DNA from: Octopus vulgaris
Lineage: Eukaryota
Length of the DNA stretch: 64,000 nt
NCBI GenBank assembly: GCA_951406725.2
Contig: OX597818.1
Coordinates: 130,386,001-130,450,000, forward strand
Direction of reading: 5' to 3'
Of this stretch, positions 10,201-21,739 are shown one piece after another (the first letter of the stretch is position 1; each line of letters starts with the position of its first letter). Below the pieces are notes generated by a model. That model had not been told where the DNA came from, ran no database searches, and saw only the letters and a program-made list of their open reading frames with translations. The position numbers were made by a program, and so were the translations under genes.

Positions 10201-12833
10201 TTGTGGGTCAATTGCTCCTATCATACTGGAGCTAAGAGGTTCTTGTCCTTTAATAGTCTTGATGTCAGTGATAGCATCTTTCATAGCCTCGTGCGCCTGC
10301 AACAACTCATGAGAGTCTATTAAATGTAACAGCTCAGACGTGTCAAGCTCGAACAACATACCAGTGATCTTGCGAGCCTTATCTGGATACATGTTATGAA
10401 TCAATGGAAAGAGAATCTCACCAAGCACTTGTTTCTGTTCTTGTGGGTCAATTGCTCCTATCATACTGGAGCTAAGAGGTTCTTGTCCTTTAATAGTCTT
10501 GATGTCAGTGGTAGCATTTTTCTTAGCCTCATGTGCCTGCAACACATTCACAGCTTCCTCGGCTTTAGCCTGCAACAACTCATGAGAGTCTATTAAATGT
10601 AACACCTCAGCCTCTTCAAGCTCCAACAACATACCAGTGATCTTGCGAGCCTTATCTGGATACATATTATGAATCAATGGAAAGAGAATCTCACCAAGCA
10701 CTTGTTTCTGTTCTTGTGGGGGAATTGCTCCAATCATACTGGAGCTAAGCAGTTTTTGTCCTTTAATAGTCTTGATGTCAGCGGTAGCATCTTTCATAGC
10801 CTCATGTGCCTGCAATACAATCACAACTTCCTCCAATTTTCCCTGCAACAACTCATGAGAGTCTATTAAAGGTAACAGCTCAGCCTCTTCAAGCTCCAAC
10901 AACATACCAGTGATTTTGCCAGCCTTATCTGGATACATATTATGAATCAGTGGAAAGAGAGTCTCACCGAGCACTTGTTTCTGTTCTTGTGGGGCAATTG
11001 CTCCCATCATACTGGAGCTAAGAGCTTCTTGTCCTTCAGTAGTCTTGATGTCAGTGGTAGCATCCTTCATAGCCTCGTGTGCCTGCAACACAATCACAAC
11101 TTCCTCCACTTTTCCCTGCAACAACTCATGAGAGTCTATTAAAGGTAATAGCTCAGCCTCTTCAAGCTCCAACAACATACCAGTGATCTTGCCAGCCTTA
11201 TCTGGATACATATTATGAATCAATGGAAAGAGAATCTTACTAAGCACTTGTTTCTGTTCTTGTGGGGCAATTGCTCCTATCATACTGGAGCTAAGAGGTT
11301 CTTGTCCTTCAGTAGTCTTGATGTCAGTGGTAGCATCTTTCATAGCCTCTTGTGCCTGCAACACAATCACAACTTCCTCCAATTTTCCCTGCAACAACTC
11401 ATGAGAGTCTATTAAAGGTAATAGCTCAGCCTCTTCAAGCTCCAACAACATACCAGTGATCTTGCCAGCCTTATCTGGATACATATTATGAATCAATGGA
11501 AAGAGAATCTTACTAAGCACTTGTTTCTGTTCTTGTGGGTCACTTGCTCCTATCATACTGGAGCTAAGAGGTTCTTGTCCTTCAGTAGTCTTGATGTCAG
11601 TGGTAGCATCTTTCATAGCCTCTTGTGCCTGCAACACAATCACAACTTCCTCCAATTTTCCCTGCAACAACTCATGAGAGTCTATTAAAGGTAATAGCTC
11701 AGCCTCTTCAAGCTCCAACAACATACCAGTGATCTTGCCAGCCTTATCTGGATACATATTATGAATCAATGGAAAGAGAATCTTACTAAGCACTTGTTTC
11801 TGTTCTTGTGGGTCACTTGCTCCTATCATACTGGAGCTAAGAGGTTCTTGTCCTTCAGTAGTCTTGATGTCAGTGGTAGCATCTTTCATAGCCTCTTGTG
11901 CCTGCAACACAATCACAACTTCCTCCAATTTTCCCTGCAACAACTCATGAGAGTCTATTAAAGGTAATAGCTCAGCCTCTTCAAGCTCCAACAACATACC
12001 AGTGATCTTGCGAGCCTTATCTGGATACATATTATGAATCAATGGAAAGAAAATCTTACTAAGCACTTGTTTCTGTTCTTGTGGGGCAATTGCTCCTATC
12101 ATACTGGAGCTAAGAGGTTCTTGTCCTTCAGTAGTCTTGATGTCAGTGGTAGCATCTTTCATAGCCTCTTGTGCCTGCAACACAATCACAACTTCCTCCA
12201 ATTTTCCCTGCAACAACTCATGAGAGTCTATTAAAGGTAATAGCTCAGCCTCTTCAAGCTCCAACAACATACCAGTGATCTCACCAGCCTTATCTGGATA
12301 CATGTTATAAATCAATGGAAAGAGAGTCTCACCAAGCACTTGTTTCTGTTCTTGTGGGTCACTTGCTCCTATCATACTGGAGCTAAGAGGTTCTTTTCCT
12401 TTAATAGTCTTGATGTCAGTGATAGCATCTTTCATAGCCTCTTGTGCCTGCAACACAATCACAACTTCCTCCACTTTTCCCTGCAACAACTCATGAGAGT
12501 CTATTAAAGGTAATAGCTCAGCTTCGTCAAGCTCCAACAACATACCAGTGATCTTGCCAGCCTTATCTGGATACATACCATGAACCAATGGAAAGAGATT
12601 CTCACCAAGCTTTTTTTGTTTTCTTGAAGTGGTACTGCTGTTCTGATAGTGGAGGAAAAATTATTGTTTTCATGGATGATCACCACTGCTTGCTGATTAT
12701 TAGGTTGATCTAGCATCGACTGCATTGTACCCATAGGTCTGAAAGGTCTTATTGGTCCGAATTTAAAGTTAAATCTGGTATTCTCTGACTGCATTTTATT
12801 CATTTCTCTTGTGGTAAAAGGAGAGAAAGCCAT
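7279..12833 (-). CDS. Poly-MLLE protein, copy 2: 20 MLLE units; 1-nt frameshift at 12611-12617 (real or consensus error) and damaged 3' end
   Basis: ORF 12504..12833 carries the shared MAFSPF leader and ORF 7279..12588 carries the repeats. The T-run has 7 T here versus 8 T at the same site in copy 4. Confidence 0.72.
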
Positions 12834-15800
12834 TGTTTGTCCTATTTGTGCAGTGATGGGTCAAGAACCATGGTTGATGGAAACTGTACAATGAGATCCT
12901 GTTTAATTAGCTGGTCTCATCTACTGTGTGAGCAAAGGCTGGTACATAGTATCCTGCTGGGTTGAGGTTGGCCTAAAAGTTGTTCAGCAATGAGGCCCCA
13001 AGGCCCGAAACTGTATTAGCAGAGAGGATTAGAATACTTTTCTTGAAACTTGGCTGGTATGAAGCAAAGGGTTAGGTTGCTGGCCTGGAAGATGGTATTG
13101 AATTAACTAAGTGGGCTTCTAATAATGTGTGTTCTCTTGAATATATCTCTAGATTATGTGGTATCAAGTAACCTACATGAGGAAATTTTAAGCAGAACAG
13201 TTGTCAGCAACAATCTAGGTGCTACTACCAGTTATCAACACTGCAACAATGGTATCTGACACACATGTTTCATAAGTCAGTCATAATAATAGAAGTAGTG
13301 ATAACAATATTATCAGTAGTATTCAAGCGAATGACCACAATGATAATTCTAGTAGCACCCATACTGACAATAATGATAATAATCATATATGCAGGACCAG
13401 ATTTAACCCTTTCGTTACTATATTTCTGACCAAAATACACCCCTCATGAGTTTCAATTAAATTCTAAAATAATCATGAATCTAGGCTTGTTTCATTAAAT
13501 AACAGTAACTTTTTTACTTATCAACATTTTAATGTGATATTTGGAACATAATTAAAGAAAGGGTTCTTAATCAATTCTATTGCATAACTTTTGTCTCAAA
13601 GTGATTTTAATTATAGGTAAATCCAGGTAAATTGAGCAAAAACTAAAAATATTAAAATTTTAAATTGAGCAAATCGTAAAAAATTAAAATTTTGTTTAAA
13701 CATCACCATAGAAAATGAATCATCAGCTAATATTCAAATGGGTATGCAACAAAATGTTGATAAAGAAGAATTGTGCATATCACTATATCATCAGTTGAAT
13801 TTAATCCACAACAGGTGTACCATAAAGGTGGAATAAAGTGAAATACTAGAATCCACCGTAAGTTTGACCGAACTAAAGAAATCGGTCAAAAAAATAATAT
13901 ACGGCCCTGGTTATGGTATGGAAGTGATAAATTCCAGACCACATCGTTCCCTAGGCCATGCTGACTAACATTTTCCCTGTATAAAAACTAAATCCACGCA
14001 GTACCCAGTAATTTGCTTGACAAATTTTCCGAAATTTGATCCCTGATTTTCTGCTTGTTTACGTTCTGCGTAAGTTTGTTTCCGCATTGATCGCTTCATT
14101 TTGGTCCCACTGTTGTAAAGAACGTTTTTATTATTGTACAGAATCCACTTTACAGAATTGATTTAGAGATCATATTTAAAATACAAAAAGGTGTTCCTTA
14201 TGGAATTGGAACATTTCATCTAAAGTTCATCCGATTTGTTAATAATTTTACTTGAACATTTAAAAAGTTTCAATTATTCCATGCAGCAGAGGTTACACAA
14301 TTATCAGTTGTTAAAGTAAGGCTTAGCATGTTTCACAATACTCCAGGTAATATGGAAGACAACATTATTATCCTTTAACTCCCAGATTTTTGCAGCAAGT
14401 GAAGTAGTTTTAACCTTATTCCTTCCTTTAAAGGTGTGAGTGTTGTTATGTGATCTCAGTTTGAAGGGGAAGGAGGTAGAACCTATACAGGTTAAAGTAT
14501 TCTGGTTAGTGTAAATCATACATTTGTAAATAATACTTTTAGCTAGGCCCTTATTATTAAGAGGGCACTAAAATTTATTTCTACAATTACATAGTTTTGA
14601 TGGCAGAGTAGTAGGGCTATTACAAGTACAGGTAATTGGGTTATTATGTTGCAGATAGTTAGCATCACTAGAATTACTATTGTTGTTAAGCCTACCAATT
14701 CTACAAGCACCATTGAATAAATATAACTGTTATCATTAGTATAGTTGCTGTAATTGTTATTATTTATATAAGAATCACTGTGGTCACTATCAATAGTATT
14801 ACCATCAGCATTACAAATATGAGCACTATTATTATTATTATTATTATTATTATTATCATTATTATTATTATTATTAGTGGTATTGGAGCTAATAAAATGT
14901 CATTGTTGTCTTTTGCATGAATACTATTGATAATATTGTTACCAGTACATCAGTATAATTAGTATAAAATTAAACTTTCAATTTTAGTTTCAATACAACT
15001 ATACTTATTAAGAGGAAAATATTTTTGTGAAATACTAAAAATTTTCTTGGCAAGTTGCATAACAATATAGTAATCATAATGTTACTACTACATCATCATC
15101 ATCATCATCATTTAAGGTCTGTTTTCCATGCAGGTGTGGGATGGACATTTTGACCAGGGCTAGCAAGCTATGGGCTGCACCAGGCTCCAGTCTGATTTGG
15201 CATGTTTTCTATGGCTGATTCCCTTCCTAATACCAACCACTCTGAGATTGTAACGGGTGCTTTTACGTGCTACTAGCATGGGTGCCAGTCACCTGACACC
15301 AGTATCTGCCATGACAATGATTTCCCTTGGCTTGATGGGTCTTCTTCTCAAGCACCGTATATTGCTAAAGGTCTCAGTCATTTGTCATTGCCCCCATGAA
15401 GCCCAGCACTCGATAGGTGATTTTTACACACCACCTGCACAGGTGCCAGTTATGTGACACCAGCATAAAACTACCTAAAATACAGAGTAGATAAAACACC
15501 AGAAAGTGATAAGTGCAGAATCTGTGGACAAAATGGTGAAACCTTATGCATATTACCAGCCAATATAAGCCATTAGTCTCAGAAGAATATAAGAGATGCC
15601 ATGACAATATAGTAAGGCTTGTCCATTGGACACTTTGCAACAAGTATGGACTTGACAGAGAAAAAAATTAGTATGTCCATAATCCCGAAGGCATCATCGA
15701 AAATGATAATGCAAAGATCCCGTGGGATTTTATGATTCAGTGCAACCAAGAGATAGAGAATAGGAAGCCAGACATAAAAGCAAACTATGCTGGATCATAG

Positions 15801-16153
15801 ATATAGCATGCCCAGCTGACAACAAGGTATGCAATAAGGAAGAAAGAAAAGTCAATAGATATGACGGGTTAGCTTGGGAGTTAAAGCAATTGTGATCAAG
15901 GAAAAAGCTGGTAGTGGTAACAATAAATGTCGGAGCCCTGGGAACAGCGAGTAAAAACCTTGAAAAGTACATGGAACAAATAGGGGCTGCAATAAGGATG
16001 GAGCACTTGTAGAAAATAGCACTGCTTGGAACCGCTCAAATACTCTAAAAGGTGCTCGAAAAATAAGAGGTGTTACCCTAGTCCACTGGTAGTGAACAGC
16101 TGACACCATAGTACATCTCCAGCATTAAAAGCTGTGCAAAGGCAATAATAATA

Positions 16154-16200
<47 letters not shown>

Positions 16201-16401
16201 TAATAACAATAACAATAATAATGATAATAGTAACAATGAGAAATCAGTAGATAAACATAAATGATAAATAATATTAAATGTAATGATGGGAGAGGTAAAA
16301 AGAGTTTTTGTTTCATTTCTTTTTCTGTTGCTATACTTCTCTGTGACTTGATGTTGTATTTTTTCTTTATCTTTTTCTTGATTTATTGTCTTCAGTCTTT
16401 C

Positions 16402-19400
16402 TTAATGACCCCTAGCCTTGATGGTAGCAGCTTCCTGAACCCGATATTCCCGCAATACAACCATAGCTTCTTCGACTTTAGCCTGCAACAACTCATGAGA
16501 GTCTATCAAAGGTAACAGCTCAGCTTTGTCAAGCTCCAACAACATACCTGTGATCTTGCCAGCCACGTATGGATAGATAGCATGAACCAATGGTAAAAGA
16601 GTCTCACCAAGCATTTGTTTCTGTACTTGTGGTGGTACTGCTGCTAACATACTGGAGCTAAGCAGTTTTTGTCCTTCAGTAGTCTTCATGTCAGTGGTAG
16701 CATCTTTCATAGCCTCGTGTGCCTGCAATACAATCACAACTTCCTCCACTTTAGCCTGCAACAACTTATGAGAGTCTATTAAAGGTAACAGCTCAGCTTT
16801 GTCAAGATCCAACAACATACCAGTGATCTTGCCAGCCTTATCTGGATAGATACCATGAACCAATGGAAAGAGAGTCTCACCAAGCACTTGTTTCTGTTCT
16901 TGTGGGTCAATTGCTCCTATCATACTGGAGCTAAGAGGTTCTTGTCCTTCAGTAGTCTTGATGTCAGTGGTAGCATCCTTCATAGCCTCTTGTGCCTGCA
17001 ACACAATCACAACTTCCTCCACTTTTCCCTGCAACAACTCATGAGAGTCTTTTAAAGGTAACAGCTCAGCTTCGTCAAGCTCCAACAACATACCAGTGAT
17101 CTCACCAGCCTTATCTGGATACATGTTATGAATCAATGGAAAGAGAGTCTCACCAAGCACTTGTTTCTGTTCTTGTGGGGCAATTGCTCCTATCATACTG
17201 GAGCTAAGAGGTTCTTGTCCTTCAGTAGTCTTGATGTCAGTGGTAGCATCCTTCATAGCCTCATGTGCCTGCAACACAATCACAACTTCCTCCATTTTTC
17301 CCTGCAACAACTCATGAGAGTCTATTAAAGGTAATAGCTCAGCTTCGTCAAGCTCCAACAACATACCAGTGATCTTGCCAGCCTTATCTGGATACATATT
17401 ATGAATCAATGGAAAGAGAATCTTACTAAGCACTTGTTTCTGTTCTTGTGGGTCACTTGCTCCTATCATACTGGAGCTAAGAGGTTCTTTTCCTTTAATA
17501 GTCTTGATGTCAGTGATAGCATCTTTCATAGCCTCTTGTGCCTGCAACACAATCACAACTTCCTCCACTTTTCCCTGCAACAACTCATGAGAGTCTATTA
17601 AAGGTAACAGCTCAGCTTCGTCAAGCTCCAACAACATACCAGTGATCTCACCAGCCTTATCTGGATACATGTTATGAATAAATTGAAAGAGAGTCTCGCC
17701 AAGCACTTGTTTCTGTTCTTGTGGGGCAATTGCTACTATCATACTGGAGCTAAGCAGTTCTTGTCCTTCAGTAGTCTTGATGTCAGTGGTAGCATCTTTC
17801 ATAGCCTCTTGTGCCTGCAACACAATCACAACTTCCTCCAATTTTCCCTGCAACAACTCATGAGAGTCTATTAAAGGTAATAGCTCAGCCTCTTCAAGCT
17901 CCAACAACATACCAATGATCTTGCCAGCCTTATCTGGATACATATTATGAATCAATGGAAAGAGAGTCTCACCAAGCACTTGTTTCTGTTCTTGTGGGGC
18001 AATTGCTCCTATCATACTGGAGCTAAGCAGTTTTTGTCCTTTAATAGTCTTGATGTCAGTGGTAGCATCCTTCATAGCCTCATGTGCCTGCAACACAATC
18101 ACAACTTCCTCCACTTTACCCTGCAACAACTCATCAGAGTCTATTAAAGGTAATAGCTCAGCCTCTTCAAGCTCCAACAACATACCAATGATCTTGCCAG
18201 CCTTATCTGGATACATATTATGAATCAATGGAAAGAGAGTCTCACCAAGCACTTGTTTCTGTTCTTGTGGGGCAATTGCTCCTATCATACTGGAGCTAAG
18301 AGGTTCTTGTCCTTCAGTAGTCTTGATGTCAGTGGTAGCATCCTTCATAGCCTCATGTGCCTGCAACACAATCACAACTTCCTCCATTTTTCCCTGCAAC
18401 AACTCATGAGAGTCTATTAAAGGTAATAGCTCAGCTTCGTCAAGCTCCAACAACATACCAGTGATCTTGCCAGCCTTATCTGGATACATATTATGAATCA
18501 ATGGAAAGAGAATCTTACTAAGCACTTGTTTCTGTTCTTGTGGGTCACTTGCTCCTATCATACTGGAGCTAAGAGGTTCTTTTCCTTTAATAGTCTTGAT
18601 GTCAGTGATAGCATCTTTCATAGCCTCTTGTGCCTGCAACACAATCACAACTTCCTCCACTTTTCCCTGCAACAACTCATGAGAGTCTATTAAAGGTAAC
18701 AGCTCAGCTTCGTCAAGCTCCAACAACATATCAGTGATCTCACCAGCCTTATCTGGATACATGTTATGAATAAATTGAAAGAGAGTCTCGCCAAGCACTT
18801 GTTTCTGTTCTTGTGGGGCAATTGCTACTATCATACTGGAGCTAAGCAGTTCTTGTCCTTCAGTAGTCTTGATGTCAGTGGTAGCATCTTTCATAGCCTC
18901 TTGTGCCTGCAACACAATCACAACTTCCTCCAATTTTCCCTGCAACAACTCATGAGAGTCTATTAAAGGTAATAGCTCAGCCTCTTCAAGCTCCAACAAC
19001 ATACCAATGATCTTGCCAGCCTTATCTGGATACATATTATGAATCAATGGAAAGAGAGTCTCACCAAGCACTTGTTTCTGTTCTTGTGGGGCAATTGCTC
19101 CTATCATACTGGAGCTAAGCAGTTTTTGTCCTTTAATAGTCTTGATGTCAGTGGTATCATCCTTCATAGCCTCATGTGCCTGCAACACAATCACAACTTC
19201 CTCCACTTTACCCTGCAACAACTCATGAGAGTCTATTAAAGGTAATAGCTCAGCCTCTTCAAGCTCCAACAACATACCAATGATCTTGCCAGCCTTATCT
19301 GGATACATATTATGAATCAATGGAAAGAGAGTCTCACCAAGCACTTGTTTCTGTTCTTGTGGGGCAATTGCTCCTATCATACTGGAGCTAAGCAGTTCTT

Positions 19401-19809
19401 GTCCTTCAGTAGTCTTGATGTCAGTGGTAGCATCTTTCATAGCCTCTTGTGCCTGCAACACAATCACACCTTCCTCCACTTTACCCTGCAACAACTCATG
19501 AGAGTCTATTAAAGGTAATAGCTCAGCCTCTTCAAGCTCCAACAACATACCAGTGATCTTGCCAGCCTTATCTGGATACATATTATGAATCAATGGAAAG
19601 AGAGTCTCACCAAGCTTTTTTTTCTTTTCTTGAAGTGGTACTGCTGTTTTGATACTGGAGGAAAAATTATTGTTTTCATGGATGATCACCACTGCTTGCT
19701 GATTATTAGGTTGATCTAGCATCGACTGCATTGTACCCATAGGTCTGAAAGGTCTTATTGATCCGAATTTAAAGTTAAATCTGGTATTCTCTGACTGCAT
19801 TTTATTCAT
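16402..19809 (-). CDS. Poly-MLLE protein, copy 3: 12 MLLE units
   Basis: ORF 16402..19839 starts with GTG because the paralogous ATG is mutated; the first in-frame ATG is at 19809 (MNKMQ). Ends [18 protein letters not shown]. Confidence 0.82.
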   Translation of the reverse strand: MNKMQSENTRFNFKFGSIRPFRPMGTMQSMLDQPNNQQAVVIIHENNNFSSSIKTAVPLQEKKKKLGETLFPLIHNMYPDKAGKITGMLLELEEAELLPLIDSHELLQGKVEEGVIVLQAQEAMKDATTDIKTTEGQELLSSSMIGAIAPQEQKQVLGETLFPLIHNMYPDKAGKIIGMLLELEEAELLPLIDSHELLQGKVEEVVIVLQAHEAMKDDTTDIKTIKGQKLLSSSMIGAIAPQEQKQVLGETLFPLIHNMYPDKAGKIIGMLLELEEAELLPLIDSHELLQGKLEEVVIVLQAQEAMKDATTDIKTTEGQELLSSSMIVAIAPQEQKQVLGETLFQFIHNMYPDKAGEITDMLLELDEAELLPLIDSHELLQGKVEEVVIVLQAQEAMKDAITDIKTIKGKEPLSSSMIGASDPQEQKQVLSKILFPLIHNMYPDKAGKITGMLLELDEAELLPLIDSHELLQGKMEEVVIVLQAHEAMKDATTDIKTTEGQEPLSSSMIGAIAPQEQKQVLGETLFPLIHNMYPDKAGKIIGMLLELEEAELLPLIDSDELLQGKVEEVVIVLQAHEAMKDATTDIKTIKGQKLLSSSMIGAIAPQEQKQVLGETLFPLIHNMYPDKAGKIIGMLLELEEAELLPLIDSHELLQGKLEEVVIVLQAQEAMKDATTDIKTTEGQELLSSSMIVAIAPQEQKQVLGETLFQFIHNMYPDKAGEITGMLLELDEAELLPLIDSHELLQGKVEEVVIVLQAQEAMKDAITDIKTIKGKEPLSSSMIGASDPQEQKQVLSKILFPLIHNMYPDKAGKITGMLLELDEAELLPLIDSHELLQGKMEEVVIVLQAHEAMKDATTDIKTTEGQEPLSSSMIGAIAPQEQKQVLGETLFPLIHNMYPDKAGEITGMLLELDEAELLPLKDSHELLQGKVEEVVIVLQAQEAMKDATTDIKTTEGQEPLSSSMIGAIDPQEQKQVLGETLFPLVHGIYPDKAGKITGMLLDLDKAELLPLIDSHKLLQAKVEEVVIVLQAHEAMKDATTDMKTTEGQKLLSSSMLAAVPPQVQKQMLGETLLPLVHAIYPYVAGKITGMLLELDKAELLPLIDSHELLQAKVEEAMVVLREYRVQEAATIKARGH

Positions 19810-21739
19810 ATCTCTTGTGGTAAGAGGAGAGAATGCCACTGTTTGTCCTCTTTGTGCAGTGATTGGTCAAGAACCATGGTTGATGGAAACTGTACAATGA
19901 GATCCTGTTTGATTAGCTGGTCTCATCTACTGTGTGAGCAAATGCTGGTACATAGTGTCCTGCTGGGTTGAGGTTGGCCTAACAGTTGTCCAGCAATGAG
20001 GACCCAAGGCTCTAAACTGTATTAGCAGAGAGGAATAGAATACTTTTCTTGAAACTTGGCTGGTATGAAGCAAAGGGTTAGGTTGCTGGCCTGGAAGATG
20101 GTATTGAATTAACTAAGTGGGCTTCTAATAATGTGTGTTCTCTTGAATATATCTCTAGATTATGTGGTATCAAGTAACCTACATGAGGAAATTTTAAGCA
20201 GAACATTTGTCAGCAACAATCTAGGTGCTACTACCAGTTATCAACACTGCAACAATGGTATCTGACACACATGTTTCATAAGTGAGTCATAATAATAGAA
20301 GTAGTGATAACAATATTATCAGTAGTATTCAAGCGAATGACCACAATGATAATTCTAGTTGCACTCATACTGACAATAATGATAATAATCATATATGCAG
20401 GACCAGATTTAACTCTTTCGTTACTATATTTCTGACCAAAATACACCCCTCATGAGTTTCAATTAAATTCTAAAATAATCATGAATCTAGGCTTGTTTCA
20501 TTAAATAACTGTAACTTTTTTACTTATCAACATATTAATGTGATATTTGGAACATAATTAAAGAAAGGGTTCTTTATCAATTCTATTGCATAACTTTTGT
20601 CTCAAAGTGACTTTAATTACAAGTAAATCCAGGTAAATTGAGCAAAAGGTAAAAATATTAAAATTTTTAATTGAGCAAATGGTAAAAAATTAAAATTTTG
20701 TTTAAACATCACTATAGAAAATGAATCATCAGCTAATATTCAAATGGGTATGCAACAAAATTTTGATAAAGAAGAATTGTGCACACCACAATATCATCAG
20801 TTGAATTTAATCCACAACAGGTGTACCATAAAGGTGGAATAAAGTGAAATACTAGAATCCACCGTAAGTTTGACCGAACTAAAGAAATCGGTCAAAAAAA
20901 TAATATACGGCCCTGGTTATGGTATGGAAGTAATAAATTCCAGACCACATCGTTCCCTAGGCCATGCTGACTAACATTTTCCCTGTATAAAAACTAAATC
21001 CACGCAGTACCCAGTAATTTGCTTGACAAATTTTCCGAAATTTGATCCCTGATTTTCTGTTTGTTTACGTTCTGCGTAAGTTTGTTTCTGCATTGATCGC
21101 TTCATTTTGGTCCCACTGTTGTAAAGAACGTTTTTATTATTGTACAGAATCCACTTTACAGAATTGATTTAGAGATCATATTTAAAATACAAAAAGGTGT
21201 TCCTTATCGAATTGGGACATTTCATCTAAAGTTCATCCGATTTGTTAATAATTTTACTTGAACATTTAAAAAGTTTCAATTATTCCATGCAGCAGAGGTT
21301 ACACAATTATCAGTTGTTAAAGTAAGGCTTAGCATGTTTCACAATACTCCAGGTAATATGGAAGACAACATTATTATCCTTTAACTCCCAGATTTTTGCA
21401 GCAAGTGAAGTAGTTTTAACCTTATTCCTTCTTTTAAAGGTGTGAGTGTTGTTATGTGATCTCAGTTTGAAGGGGAAGGAGGTAGAACCTATACAGGTTA
21501 AAGTATTCTGGTTAGTGTAAATCATACATTTGTAAATAATACTTTTAGCTAGGCCCCTATTATTAAGAGGGCACTAAAATTTATTTCTACAATTACATAG
21601 TTTTGATGGCAGAGTAGTAGGGCTATTACAAGTACAAGTAATTGGGTTATTATGTTGCAGATAGTTAGCATCACTAGAATTACTATTGTTGTTAAGCCTA
21701 CCAATTCTACAAGCACCATTGAATAAATATAACTATTAT

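Noticed and set aside
440-19600. 273-bp repeat as a CRISPR array or non-coding satellite
   Set aside because: There are no unique spacers, the context is eukaryotic, and the unit is exactly 91 codons encoding a known domain.
19837-19839. Listed start codon of the 1145-aa ORF
   Set aside because: It is GTG; the first in-frame ATG is at 19809.
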